From contig JAOPTW010000006.1 in NCBI GenBank assembly GCA_051532035.1, forward strand, positions 183,960 through 247,959: a stretch of DNA of 64,000 nt. Reading direction: 5' to 3'. The notes beneath the pieces are model-generated. The model had not been told where the DNA came from and searched no databases. It was given only the letters and a program-made list of their open reading frames with translations. This DNA is from Fibrobacterales bacterium. GTDB lineage: Bacteria > Fibrobacterota > Fibrobacteria > Fibrobacterales > JAOPTW01. Positions 20,120 to 31,969 of the stretch are shown piece by piece. Position numbers and translations under genes: made by a program. The first letter of the stretch is position 1. Each line of letters starts with the position of its first letter.

Positions 20120-21391
20120 ATGAATGATACTCCCGAAAGACATACATGTATCCTTGGTATGAATCATTCGACCGCATCAATCGATAAGCGGGATAGTCTT
20201 CTTTTTGCCCAAAGTGAACGTTCAGAAGTGCTCGACCGGTTTGCTTCAATTACTGGAGTAAAAGAGGTCATTCTTATTTCGACCTGTAATAGAACTGAAG
20301 TCTACGTAATAGTCGACCGCGACCCCAATCTCCTCTATGACACCTTTCTCGAATGTTGGCTCGACTACAAGTCACTTGATCGAACCCTCTTCGAAGAGTC
20401 GTTCTATTTTCATGCCCATGAACAAGCAATCGAACACCTTTTTAGAGTTGCCTGTTCACTCGACAGTCTTATTGTTGGTGAAGTGCAAATTCTTGGGCAA
20501 ATTAAACAGGCCTACCACTTTTCAAAAGCTGAGAAAACAACAGACCTCTACCTCAATCGACTCTTTCAAGAAGCGATTAAAATTGGTAAACGAGCCCGAA
20601 CCGAGACCGGAATTAGCAAAGGCGCCGTATCTATAAGTTACGCCGCTGTCGAACTCCTCCGTAAAAAAGTACCTCACTTTAGCTCATGCCGTGTCGGCAT
20701 TATTGGTACCGGTAAAATGGGTGAACTCTCGGTGAAATCGCTCATCGATAACGGAGTCACTTCCATGCACTTTATTAATCGAACATACTCCAAAGCCCAG
20801 GAAATGGCCGAGACATACAATGGCCATGCATGGCCCCTCGAAGATCTTACCAAAGCAATGAAACACCTCGATATTGTCATCAGTAGTGTCGGCTCAAAAG
20901 AGCCTATTATAACAAACGAAACTATTACTGCAGCCAACCCAGAAAAAGAGTTGGTCATTGTTGATATCGCCGCACCACGAAATGTTGCAGCTACGGTAAA
21001 CGACCTCAATGGTGTTTCAGTATATGATATTGACGACCTCAATCTCATAGTCGATGAAAATATTGGCAAACGCCAAACCGAAATCGACCAAGTCGAAGTG
21101 CTTATTCAAGAGGAGCTCGAAGGTTTTTACGCCTGGTATAGCGCCCAAGAAATCGTCCCCGTCCTCAAGGCAATGCGCCTCCACATTCAAGACATTGCCC
21201 ACAACGAACTCAAATCACTCGAAAATCAACTCGACGCCAAAGAGTACGACACCGTCAAACAGGCAATCCACACCCTCACCAACAAAATCCTCCACACCCC
21301 TTCTCGCGCACTCAAACAAATGTGCACCGAAGGCCGCACCGAAGAAGCCGCACGATACGCGAAAGAACTCTTCGGCCTCAAAGTAGACTAA
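20120..21391 (+). CDS. hemA: Glutamyl-tRNA reductase
   Basis: GMNH.TA, STCNRTE, SLDSLIVGE.QILGQ, GTGKMG, DIAAPRNV. Confidence 0.95.
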   Translation: MNDTPERHTCILGMNHSTASIDKRDSLLFAQSERSEVLDRFASITGVKEVILISTCNRTEVYVIVDRDPNLLYDTFLECWLDYKSLDRTLFEESFYFHAHEQAIEHLFRVACSLDSLIVGEVQILGQIKQAYHFSKAEKTTDLYLNRLFQEAIKIGKRARTETGISKGAVSISYAAVELLRKKVPHFSSCRVGIIGTGKMGELSVKSLIDNGVTSMHFINRTYSKAQEMAETYNGHAWPLEDLTKAMKHLDIVISSVGSKEPIITNETITAANPEKELVIVDIAAPRNVAATVNDLNGVSVYDIDDLNLIVDENIGKRQTEIDQVEVLIQEELEGFYAWYSAQEIVPVLKAMRLHIQDIAHNELKSLENQLDAKEYDTVKQAIHTLTNKILHTPSRALKQMCTEGRTEEAARYAKELFGLKVD

Positions 21392-21470
21392 TACACAAAT
21401 ATAGTTTTATTGAAGACGTACGTTAGTACGTCAAAATCAGAGCGAGCAAAGCAAAGCGAAAGTACTATGC

Positions 21471-21574
21471 TAGAGGGATAATGGTGAGAGTCAGACAAGG
21501 CATTGTTCCCGACTGCGTACATATTGTACGCCGAGGGGGCAATAACGCAGTATGAGTCCACCATTATCCCTCTA
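21471..21574. repeat. Palindromic element, copy B
   Basis: Perfect 16-bp terminal IR TAGAGGGATAATGGTG/CACCATTATCCCTCTA, CAAGG at 21496, inner hairpin CGTAC-N5-GTACG at 21516-21530, AACGCAG at 21544; overlaps the thiH 3' end. Confidence 0.8.
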
Positions 21575-22688
21575 AAGCAATGTCCCAGTCCTTCCAGATT
21601 ACATCATACCCTTGAGACTTGATAACACCCTCTATCTCAGCAGGGGTCCGCTCATCAGAAATAGAAAACTGCTCAACAGCCTCCTCATCAAGAGCATACC
21701 CGCCAGGATCTGTTTTTGAACCGGCACTTACCGTAGTAACTCCAAGCTTAAAAGTGTTATCCCTAAAGACGGGTTTCTCTCTTGTAGACATTGAGAGCTC
21801 TACATCTTCATTAAAGATACGATAGGCGCAGAGGAGCTGTAGAAACTGACGATCATCAAGCTGTGATGCTGGTGATTGTAGTCCTTCCGCTGGTCTCAGT
21901 CTCGGAAATGAGAGAGAGTAGCGCGTACGCCAGTAGGTTTTTTCTAAGTAATCTAAATGAAGCGCCGTAAAGAATGAATCCGTACGCCAATCCTCTTCAA
22001 GACCAAGAAGTGCACCAATACCAATCTTTCTGACATGGGCACGACCCAATCTATCAGGAGTATCAAGACGATAGTCAAAATCAGCTTTTTTACCCTTAAG
22101 ATGGTAGAGAGGATAATTCTCTCTATGATAGGTCTCTTGATAGACCATCACCGCACTTACACCGAGGGCAATAAGCTCTTCGTACTCATGCTGATCCATC
22201 GGCTGTACTTCAATTGATATGTGAGAAAAGTAGGGACGAATCAGACGAATCACATCTTTAAAATAGTCGACTCCCACTTTCTTTTTTGACTCACCCGTAA
22301 CTAAAAGTACGTGATCAAAGCCAAGGTTTTTAATAACGGCAACCTCTTGCATGATTTGATCATGATTTAAAGTCAGCCTGTCCAATTTGTTGTTACTACT
22401 AAAACCACAGTACGAACAGGCATTACTACACTCATTAGAAAGATACAGAGGAATATACATCTGTATGGTTTTGCCAAAGCGCTTCTGTGTTAACTTATTA
22501 CTCAGCTGAGCCATCTGTTCAAGATACGGTGCAGCAGCTGGTGAGATAAGCGCCATAAAATCTTCAAGAGTTCCACGGCCTGCTCGCGACAACGCGCCTC
22601 TTACATCCGCGTCACTCTTTGATGCAATTTTTTTTGTTACTACATCCCAATCATATTCTGCATGGGTCTCTATAAATGATCTATTCAT
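21564..22688 (-). CDS. thiH: 2-iminoacetate synthase (radical SAM tyrosine lyase)
   Basis: PLYLSNECSNACSYCGF, YQETY, SFPRLRP, SAGSKT.PGGY; in thi operon. Confidence 0.93.
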   Translation of the reverse strand: MNRSFIETHAEYDWDVVTKKIASKSDADVRGALSRAGRGTLEDFMALISPAAAPYLEQMAQLSNKLTQKRFGKTIQMYIPLYLSNECSNACSYCGFSSNNKLDRLTLNHDQIMQEVAVIKNLGFDHVLLVTGESKKKVGVDYFKDVIRLIRPYFSHISIEVQPMDQHEYEELIALGVSAVMVYQETYHRENYPLYHLKGKKADFDYRLDTPDRLGRAHVRKIGIGALLGLEEDWRTDSFFTALHLDYLEKTYWRTRYSLSFPRLRPAEGLQSPASQLDDRQFLQLLCAYRIFNEDVELSMSTREKPVFRDNTFKLGVTTVSAGSKTDPGGYALDEEAVEQFSISDERTPAEIEGVIKSQGYDVIWKDWDIALEG

Positions 22689-22724
22689 GTTCTCTCTCTA
22701 GCGATTTGGAGTCGTCATCAACTC

Positions 22725-23504
22725 TTAATCTAAAAACCCAGTCAATGATTCCATCGGACTTGTAGCATGTGCAGCATCGTGTACTTCACCAAGACCAGCC
22801 TCATACGCTATACGCCCTGCTTCAATTGCCAGCGCAAAAGCACGACCCATTTTAACGGGGTCACTCGCAACGGCAATAGCAGTATTGACCAAACACGCAT
22901 CAGCTCCCATCTCCATCGCCTCTGCAGCGTGTGAAGGAGCCCCTATACCTGCATCAACAATAACAGGTACTCTACTCTGTTCTATAATTATTTTTAAAAA
23001 TTCTTTAGAGGCGAGTCCTTTATTAGTTCCAATAGGAGCACCGAGAGGCATCACTGCCTGAGCGCCCACTTCTTCTAGCCTTTTTGCAAGAACCGGATCA
23101 GCATGCATATAAGGGAGTACAATGAACCCCTCTTTTACCAATTCTTCTGTTGCAAGTAGTGTTTCTACCGGGTCGGGCATGAGGTATTTAGGGTCGGGAT
23201 GTATTTCGAGTTTAATCCAATTGGTCTCAAGTGCTTCTCTGGCAAGCTTTGCAGAGAAGACAGCTTCTTTCGCATTCCTCACCCCTGACGTATTGGGGAG
23301 TAGATTAAACTGAGAGTGCTTAATAAGGTGTTCTAAAATAGGGTCTTTTTTACCCTGCACATCGACACGTTTTAGCGCTACTGTTACCAGTTCCGATCCG
23401 CTTGCAAGCAGTGATTCTTCCATTTTCTCTGCACTACTAAATTTACCAGTCCCCGTAAAGAGTCTTGATTGTAGCGTCTTATTTCCAATATATAATGGTT
23501 CCAT
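22725..23504 (-). CDS. thiG: Thiazole synthase
   Basis: [38 protein letters not shown]. Confidence 0.95.
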   Translation of the reverse strand: MEPLYIGNKTLQSRLFTGTGKFSSAEKMEESLLASGSELVTVALKRVDVQGKKDPILEHLIKHSQFNLLPNTSGVRNAKEAVFSAKLAREALETNWIKLEIHPDPKYLMPDPVETLLATEELVKEGFIVLPYMHADPVLAKRLEEVGAQAVMPLGAPIGTNKGLASKEFLKIIIEQSRVPVIVDAGIGAPSHAAEAMEMGADACLVNTAIAVASDPVKMGRAFALAIEAGRIAYEAGLGEVHDAAHATSPMESLTGFLD

Positions 23505-23572
23505 TCTATAACCTCTGGTTACTTGGACAGTTAAAAACTATGAAGGCAATTATCTTGTCCCCCTCACTCTTT

Positions 23573-24193
23573 TTACTGTTCAACCTTCTTAATAATTTCT
23601 TTCATAACACCAGATCTATCCGTAGCAGTATTCACTACCGAACAGAGTGCAAATCCATAGGCCCCTGTCGCGAGTACATCAGGAATATCATCTGGTATAA
23701 TTCCGCCAATAGCAATAACCGGTAGTTCCGGTAGCGCCCAGGCGATTTCTTTAACGCCCTCTGCACCCATTACTGGGGCGAGGTTCTCTTTGGTTGTCGT
23801 AAATTTATAAGGACCAATGCCCAAATAATCAATATCAAATTCGGCCATCGCTTTAGCATCTTCTAATGAATTTGCCGTTGCTCCAATAATTGCATTAGGG
23901 CCCAGTTCTTTTCGTGCAAGGTCGGGACGCATATCATTTTTCCCAATGTGCACTCCATCAGCACCAATCTCTTTTGCCAAGGGAACATTGTCATTAATAA
24001 TAAATGTCGCACTATATTTTTTGCACACTGCCTGTACAGCCAAAGCCGTTTCAGTCTGCTTTGACTCAGGCACTTTTTTCATACGAATCTGCACCCAGGT
24101 TGCACCGCCTTTACACGCCTCTTCTGCAAGAGCTGCATGGGTCATGCCTGCTATTCCGTCTTGAGTCAGATAGTGTACTTTTGCTATTTCCAT
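23573..24193 (-). CDS. thiE: Thiamine phosphate synthase
   Basis: VQIRMK, IIND, DGVHIG..D, GP...TTTK, AIGGI. Confidence 0.9.
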   Translation of the reverse strand: MEIAKVHYLTQDGIAGMTHAALAEEACKGGATWVQIRMKKVPESKQTETALAVQAVCKKYSATFIINDNVPLAKEIGADGVHIGKNDMRPDLARKELGPNAIIGATANSLEDAKAMAEFDIDYLGIGPYKFTTTKENLAPVMGAEGVKEIAWALPELPVIAIGGIIPDDIPDVLATGAYGFALCSVVNTATDRSGVMKEIIKKVEQ

Positions 24194-24942
24194 TTGTGAT
24201 ACCCCAACATACTTTCATTTGAAGCAAGGAGGTCTTCAACATACCCCTTAGCCATTTTACATGCATCATTTAGTTCTGCACCCAGTGCAAGGTTCGCCAA
24301 AACTGCTGAAGAGTAGACACATCCAGAACCATGTTTTGGACTGAGTTTTTCGCCACTCCCAGTAACTTCATAAATTTGTTCCAACCGAATCAATCGATCA
24401 CAAAAATTATCACTTTCTATATGCCCCCCTTTCAGGAGTACATTAGTGAGTTTACTGAGCTCTTTGGCATACCCAAGAGCATCACTCCCAGCAATATGTT
24501 CCATCTCTGTCCAATTAGGTGTAATTGCATAGAGTGATTTGCAGGTCGATTCTAAGGCCCCTTTATGGAATGCTGAGTGTATTTCAAATCCAGCGCTCGC
24601 TTTAATGATCGGGTCCCAAATAATATGTACTCGTGGGTTGATGTCGTACAAGTGATCAATAATGAGATTGAGCACTTCAAGGTTCTGAACCAAACCAATT
24701 TTCACATACTCAAATGAAAAATCCAACACATCAATCTGGCGTTTAATCTCTTTCGAACTATACCAAGTGAGGTCCTTAAACTCAGTATCATTTTGATAGG
24801 TCATTGCAGTCACTACAGAAAAACCATAAACACCATGTGCTTCAAAGGTTTTTATATCAGCAAGCGCACCTGCCCCACCAGAGGGATCAAAACCCGCAAT
24901 AGAGAGTACTTTAGGTCGATCACAACCATCATACCGAGCCAT
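24184..24942 (-). CDS. thiD: Hydroxymethylpyrimidine/phosphomethylpyrimidine kinase
   Basis: LSIAGFDPSGGAG..ADIKT, VKIG, ITPN..E, LKGGH, HGSGC. Confidence 0.9.
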   Translation of the reverse strand: MARYDGCDRPKVLSIAGFDPSGGAGALADIKTFEAHGVYGFSVVTAMTYQNDTEFKDLTWYSSKEIKRQIDVLDFSFEYVKIGLVQNLEVLNLIIDHLYDINPRVHIIWDPIIKASAGFEIHSAFHKGALESTCKSLYAITPNWTEMEHIAGSDALGYAKELSKLTNVLLKGGHIESDNFCDRLIRLEQIYEVTGSGEKLSPKHGSGCVYSSAVLANLALGAELNDACKMAKGYVEDLLASNESMLGYHKWK

Positions 24943-25516
24943 TAAGTACCTCCGTTTTTCCAAGTATTTTTGCCATTTCTAACACCGGTTTTTTACTGCC
25001 CCAAAGCGCACCGAGTACTGCCGCACCTTTAAAGCCATACTCTTGAACATCTGATAATTTCTCAGTAGTAACCCCACCAAGAGCATACACCTTTTTTAAG
25101 TTTGATGTACGAAGACACTCATCACTAAACTGCGCTTTATAGCCCTCTTTTGAAATACTATCAAAAATGGGACTTAAGAACATATAGTCAAGCTCTTTAC
25201 CGAATTTTTCAATTTCAGTAAGACTATGACACGAACGACTCAAAGAACGAACCGACTTCTTTAACGCAAAGTTGGTCTGTTTGCTTTTGAGATGTACTCC
25301 GCCAAACAGTTCAGTAAAAGGCCAGTGCTTGAGATCGTGCAAAATTAATTTTTTCCGATAAGATTTCTGAAATGATTCTAGGAAAGGGACCAACTGTTTC
25401 GGTGTCCAGTTTGGCTTTCGTATATGAAATCTATAGGCCCCAAGATCCAGCATCTCTTCAATTAAAGAGACTTCATTTTCAATGGTACCGGGTGATGTGA
25501 TGCCTATTATATTCAT
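24929..25516 (-). CDS. ThiE/TenI-like protein (second, divergent paralog)
   Basis: HIRKP, S.SCHS..E, FLSPIFDSISK.GY, ALGG; ATG 25516. Confidence 0.8.
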   Translation of the reverse strand: MNIIGITSPGTIENEVSLIEEMLDLGAYRFHIRKPNWTPKQLVPFLESFQKSYRKKLILHDLKHWPFTELFGGVHLKSKQTNFALKKSVRSLSRSCHSLTEIEKFGKELDYMFLSPIFDSISKEGYKAQFSDECLRTSNLKKVYALGGVTTEKLSDVQEYGFKGAAVLGALWGSKKPVLEMAKILGKTEVLNGSV

Positions 25517-25600
25517 ATGGTGTCTATGTTTGAGAAAAGCAGTAATAAAAGCCTGACTTTCAAAGCGCACAGCACTCCAAAAGCCAGATTTTTTCAATTA

Positions 25601-27454
<1,854 letters not shown>

Positions 27455-27474
27455 TTATGGGTTTAAAATTCTGG

Positions 27475-27678
27475 CTATCCGCCCTGTGTTGCTTGAATAA
27501 GCAATACAGAATCACTCTCTTGTAACTGAACAGTCGTCCAGTCAGAGCGGGATATAATTTCTTCGTTCACTGCAATTGCCGTACCATTAAGCGCATCAGC
27601 TCTATGTTCTCTGAGCAAATCGAGCACTGTAGCGCCATCGGCTATGGTATACGAGTTTTCATTGAGTGAGATATTCAT
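27475..27678 (-). CDS. thiS: Sulfur carrier protein
   Basis: 67 aa, AIAVN, C-terminal GG; first gene after the TPP riboswitch. Confidence 0.92.
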   Translation of the reverse strand: MNISLNENSYTIADGATVLDLLREHRADALNGTAIAVNEEIISRSDWTTVQLQESDSVLLIQATQGG

Positions 27679-27681
27679 TGT

Positions 27682-27760
27682 CCTCCCTTCGTCTTCATTA
27701 CAAGCATCAGGTTATAAGGGTCTGTTCTCAGCCATCTTGATATACTCAATTGGCACCCCT
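27682..27760 (-). promoter_or_regulatory. TPP riboswitch
   Basis: Minus strand: GGGGTGCC...GGCTGAGA...ACCCTT.TAACCTGAT...GTAATG...CGAAGGGA, immediately before thiS. Confidence 0.92.
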
Positions 27761-27922
27761 GGTTTTGATAGATAAAAGATAGTCAAACCCCATTGATTTT
27801 CCACCGCCAAAGCCACTTGGCCCCCTAATTTACACGTTTGTGAATCAAATCACCCTTTTTAGGCTAAAAATAGGGGAATGGTAGAAATCAACTCTGTTTC
27901 ATACTATCTTTTGGGCTTAATT

Positions 27923-27996
27923 GCTCTCGTAGCTTAGCTGGATAAAGCGTTGGCCTCCGAAGCCGAAGACCGGTGGTTCGAATCCACTCGGGAGTA
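27923..27996 (+). tRNA. tRNA-Arg(CCG)
   Basis: Acceptor GCTCTCG/CGGGAGT, D-arm TAGCTTAGCTGGATAAAGC, anticodon loop CT-CCG-AA, T-loop GGTTCGAATCC; CCA not encoded. Confidence 0.93.
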
Positions 27997-28002
27997 TAAT
28001 AG

Positions 28003-28030
28003 AAAAGGCGTCCCTAGGGGTGCCTTTTCT
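28003..28030 (+). terminator. Terminator-like hairpin after tRNA
   Basis: AAAAGGCGTCCC-TA-GGGGTGCCTTTT. Confidence 0.7.
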
Positions 28031-28082
28031 ATTATACAAATCAAACCTACCTGTTATCACACTACTATTTATCTGTACGCAC

Positions 28083-28111
28083 AAAAAAAGCCTAGGCTTC
28101 CACCCAGGCTT
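28083..28111 (-). terminator. Terminator of flgM
   Basis: Minus strand AAGCCTGGG-N6-CCTAGGCTT followed by a T run. Confidence 0.65.
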
Positions 28112-28138
28112 AAAAACGAATTTCTTCAAAAAGCTTAC

Positions 28139-28420
28139 TTACGCAGCAAGCTCTTCCAAAAATTTATTCTGGGCATAATAGCCCGCTGCAATTTTCTCTT
28201 CTACCGACTGTATTTTTCCCTCACGAATATCAGGAAGCGAATCTATTCTCTTTCTGATACTCTCGATCTCCTGATTGAGAATCGACATTTTACGTCCAGA
28301 GTCAGATATTTCTGCTGAGTCCTGCACATCCACCGGAGAGGCCTCACTGCTCTTTCTTGCACTCTCATCAAAATAAGAGGGCTTGTTTACAGAAGAAGCG
28401 CCTACATTTGATATATCCAT
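28139..28420 (-). CDS. flgM: Anti-sigma28 factor
   Basis: 93 aa; D.AEIS..G and PDIRE.KI..V..KI..G.Y motifs of FlgM; sigma28-like promoter upstream. Confidence 0.8.
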   Translation of the reverse strand: MDISNVGASSVNKPSYFDESARKSSEASPVDVQDSAEISDSGRKMSILNQEIESIRKRIDSLPDIREGKIQSVEEKIAAGYYAQNKFLEELAA

Positions 28421-28455
28421 GGTAATGAATCCTTGTTTCTCACTATTTACTTATA

Positions 28456-28483
28456 TTTTCGACAGAAATTTGGGCAAACTTGA
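28456..28483 (-). promoter_or_regulatory. Putative sigma28 promoter of flgM
   Basis: Minus strand TCAAG-N15-GTCGAAAA; flgM is a classic FliA target. Confidence 0.6.
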
Positions 28484-28529
28484 TTGCTTAAATGAAAACC
28501 TTCCATGTTAACAACTATTTTACATTACT

Positions 28530-29333
28530 ATGAATAAATTCCTCGAAAAAGCCATCGACCTTGCGAATGAAGCAGGGGCTCTTGCCCTTGCAAAACAGCG
28601 ACACCTCACCGAGATACACTACAAAGATCCTAAGGATATTGTCACTGACGCTGATATTGCGTGTGACCAACTTATTCGCCGGGGCCTTATTGAGGCGTTT
28701 CCTGAGCACAACATCCTTACAGAAGAGCATGCGCACATCGACAACCAATCAGAGTACACTTGGGTTATTGACCCTATTGATGGCACTGTGAACTATTCAC
28801 GAGGCATGCCACTCTGGGGCATATCTATTGGACTTCTTCACAAAGGCGTCCCCGTCCTAGGAGTCGTAAACCACGCCGCCCTAGGAGACCTCTATACTGC
28901 AATTCAGGGAGAAGGTGCATTTTGTAACGGAAGGCCTATAGCGGTCAGTACCGTAACTGATACTCATCAATCTATTATCAATAACGGTGACTTTAATGTA
29001 GGATCTGGACATAACCCTGAAGCAATCCAAGAACACACTTTTAACAACTATCACAAACAGGCCCCTCATTTCCAACGCATGAAAACATTCGGGTCTGCAG
29101 TACTCGAAGCCGGCTGGGTGGCCTGCGGAAGGCTCGACGCCTACTGCATGACCATGTCATTTCCTTGGGATATTGTGGCAATAACCGTTATCGTACGGGA
29201 GGCCGGAGGAACAGTAACCAACATGGATGGCTCCCCACTCTCAATTATCGATGGCGCAAAAGTCATTTTTAGCAATGGTCACATTCATAATGAAACAGTA
29301 CGCATCCTAAACGACCAACAGGCAACAAATTAA
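28530..29333 (+). CDS. Inositol monophosphatase family protein (SuhB-like)
   Basis: DIVT.AD, ILTEE, WVIDPIDGT.N, GSA, PWD. Confidence 0.9.
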   Translation: MNKFLEKAIDLANEAGALALAKQRHLTEIHYKDPKDIVTDADIACDQLIRRGLIEAFPEHNILTEEHAHIDNQSEYTWVIDPIDGTVNYSRGMPLWGISIGLLHKGVPVLGVVNHAALGDLYTAIQGEGAFCNGRPIAVSTVTDTHQSIINNGDFNVGSGHNPEAIQEHTFNNYHKQAPHFQRMKTFGSAVLEAGWVACGRLDAYCMTMSFPWDIVAITVIVREAGGTVTNMDGSPLSIIDGAKVIFSNGHIHNETVRILNDQQATN

Positions 29334-29406
29334 AGTAAGCAAAATATTCTCCCTAAACCCAGCAAATTACGGTATAATCTATATACATATTTGAACTGGG
29401 CCTATT

Positions 29407-31962
29407 ATGTTTTTCCGGAAATTCCTTCTCCCTGTGGTGAGCATCTTTATTATTTGTGCCACCATCCTTACCACCATCCCCCTCTTTTTACCAGAAACTG
29501 GCATCAACCTCCTTCTTATTCTTACCCAAAGTATCTTTATTTCACTCGGTGCCGTTATAACCTTAACCATCTTTGGTTTTATACGACAGAAGTATCCAAA
29601 AAACCAATCAACTCACCAAACACCCACCAAAGCATTTCGAAAGATCACCTCGATACAATATCAGTCAGCAACCATTTTTATTCTCCTCTCAATACTCCCT
29701 ATGATTGTCATTGGCTTCTTTTTCAATGCGCATTTAGAGTCAACCTTTAAAGACGAAACCCTTCGCAATAAACAAGAGAGCCTTCAATGGTCTCAACTTG
29801 AACTCACCAACACCCTCTACACCCTTCAACGAACCCTTATTCAATCTGCACAATCTAATGAAGTAAAAAGACTTTTTACCAAAACTCTCACAGGAGGCAG
29901 GCCCCTCTCTAAGGCAGAGGTCGCAACCCAGCAGAGTCAAATATACAACAGCACCTATATCGACCTCTTTACTATACCCATCATTCGCACTGATTTTCTC
30001 AAGGCAAATGGTTCACTCATTTTCAGCTTCGACCACTCCAACTACACCTTTGTCCATCAATACTCCTTTAAACAGACAAACAAAACAATTACCCAGCGGA
30101 GCGGCACGAGAACGCCTGGCGAAATAATCCTTCACCAAGAGTACACCGGCAATAATCCTACACTGGCAGAGAACACCCTTTTATTACACATTGCAACGCC
30201 TGTAATCATCAATAAAAAGGTCACCGGCTACATTGTACAGCACCTCTCTGTCTATGCACTCCTTTCATCAATTGCAACTATTGCTAACGAACCTTTCATC
30301 ATACTTTCGGACCCCAACCGCAACTACTACTACTCTCAATTTAATTCCGTGGCCCCTCCCAAACTCTGGGAAACTTTTTTTGAGTGGCCACAGCAAATAC
30401 TCCATAACCAATCCAGCTCACTCCAACCAACCGACAACTCCACCTATATTTTTCACGCCACAACACACATCAATTTAAAGAACCAAAAACAGAAGTGGCT
30501 CATTAGCAGTACCATCAACGCCAATGCCCACATGAAAAAAGCATCACTCTTTAGTACCGTACTTATTTCGTTTATCATAGGAATGGGCTGTATCGTCTTT
30601 GGACTTTCAATTTTGGTAGCACACTACTGGAGCACCCCACTCCTGCAACTTTCAGGCATTGCAGAAAAACTCAAAAGAGGAGATTACACGGTACGCTCTA
30701 CCATAAACCGCAGTGATGAAATCGGCCTTCTCTCAACGACGTTTAATAATATGGCAGAAAAAGTTGAGCACTATACAACCGATTTAGAAAGTCAGGTAGA
30801 AAAACGAACAGACCAATATAATCATGCCCGCCAAAAAGCAGAAGCCATCAGCGCATCAAAAAGCCGATTTCTCGCTCACATCTCACAAGAGATACGCACC
30901 CCAATGAACAGTATCGTTGGGTCATCATCACTCCTTAAAGACACGCATCTTGATACAGAGCACCAAGGATATGTTTCCATAATAAATGATTCAACCCAAG
31001 TGCTCCTCAATGTTATCAACGACATCATCGATTTTTCGAGAATCGAAAACAACACCTTAGAAATAGAGAACATTCCTTTTCAACTCAACACCCTACTCGA
31101 ACTCGTTCATGCACACTTTAAACCTTTAGCAGACGAAAAGGGACTTACCTTTGACATGCATCTCCCAGATAACGCCCCTGCCACCCTCATTGGCGATGCA
31201 ACCCGCATCAAACAAGTACTCTATAACCTCGTTTCAAATGCCATTAAATTTACTCACGCCGGTAATATCATCTTAGCCACAGAACACACATTTATTAATG
31301 AGCACTATATCATTACATTCACTGTTACCGACACTGGAATAGGCATCCCCGACAACAAACGAGATACGATATTTTTTAACTTTACTCAGGCAGAGCCCAC
31401 AACAGATGAACAATATGGCGGCATTGGCCTCGGACTCTCACTCTGTAAGCATCTTACAGAACTGATGGGAGGTACCCTTTCTGTAAAAAGCAAAGAGATG
31501 AGTGGATCTACTTTTACTATCTCCTTAACCCTTAAAGCTTCGGATACACAACTTTCCGAAATACCGTTATCAGCCACAAAGAAGAACCGTAGTTATCAAA
31601 AAACAGTACTTCTCGTTGAAGACAACAAAATTAACCAGATCGTAACACAAAAGAGCCTAGTACAAATGGGACTCACAGTCACTATTGCCGAAAATGGTCA
31701 ACATGCACTTGATCTCTTACACTCACACAGCTATGACCTTATTTTTATGGATATCCAAATGCCCATCATGGACGGACTTGCTGCAACACGAGCCATACGG
31801 ACACAGCTCAATCTGACAACGCCTATTGTCGCCATGACCGCTCTGGCACTCAAGGAAAACCGCCTCAAATGCTTTGAAGCAGGAATGGATGGTTTTATAT
31901 CAAAACCACTGACGCAAGAGGATATTATTATTGAACTCGATCGCTGGTTTCACACACTATAG
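29407..31962 (+). CDS. Membrane hybrid sensor kinase (TMs-periplasmic sensor-HAMP-HisKA-HATPase-REC) with altered H-box
   Basis: HAMP (RSDEIG.L..TFN.M), FLAHISQEIRTPMN, NLVSNAIKFT, DTGIGI, GGIGLGL, REC with LIFMDIQMP and SKP. Confidence 0.88.
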   Translation: MFFRKFLLPVVSIFIICATILTTIPLFLPETGINLLLILTQSIFISLGAVITLTIFGFIRQKYPKNQSTHQTPTKAFRKITSIQYQSATIFILLSILPMIVIGFFFNAHLESTFKDETLRNKQESLQWSQLELTNTLYTLQRTLIQSAQSNEVKRLFTKTLTGGRPLSKAEVATQQSQIYNSTYIDLFTIPIIRTDFLKANGSLIFSFDHSNYTFVHQYSFKQTNKTITQRSGTRTPGEIILHQEYTGNNPTLAENTLLLHIATPVIINKKVTGYIVQHLSVYALLSSIATIANEPFIILSDPNRNYYYSQFNSVAPPKLWETFFEWPQQILHNQSSSLQPTDNSTYIFHATTHINLKNQKQKWLISSTINANAHMKKASLFSTVLISFIIGMGCIVFGLSILVAHYWSTPLLQLSGIAEKLKRGDYTVRSTINRSDEIGLLSTTFNNMAEKVEHYTTDLESQVEKRTDQYNHARQKAEAISASKSRFLAHISQEIRTPMNSIVGSSSLLKDTHLDTEHQGYVSIINDSTQVLLNVINDIIDFSRIENNTLEIENIPFQLNTLLELVHAHFKPLADEKGLTFDMHLPDNAPATLIGDATRIKQVLYNLVSNAIKFTHAGNIILATEHTFINEHYIITFTVTDTGIGIPDNKRDTIFFNFTQAEPTTDEQYGGIGLGLSLCKHLTELMGGTLSVKSKEMSGSTFTISLTLKASDTQLSEIPLSATKKNRSYQKTVLLVEDNKINQIVTQKSLVQMGLTVTIAENGQHALDLLHSHSYDLIFMDIQMPIMDGLAATRAIRTQLNLTTPIVAMTALALKENRLKCFEAGMDGFISKPLTQEDIIIELDRWFHTL

Positions 31963-31969
31963 GCTAACC

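Noticed and set aside
21054..21386. C/A-rich 3' end of hemA and its overlapping K/S/P-rich ORF as foreign DNA
   Set aside because: Plus-strand genes across the window are C-rich, consistent with replication strand bias (minus strand likely leading); HemA is intact.
27997..28140. tRNA-Arg as an integration site
   Set aside because: No integrase nearby and I saw no duplicated tRNA 3' end in the window.
27917..28318. ORFs 27917..28129 (-) and 27950..28318 (+)
   Set aside because: They overlap the tRNA-Arg, terminators and flgM; shadow ORFs.
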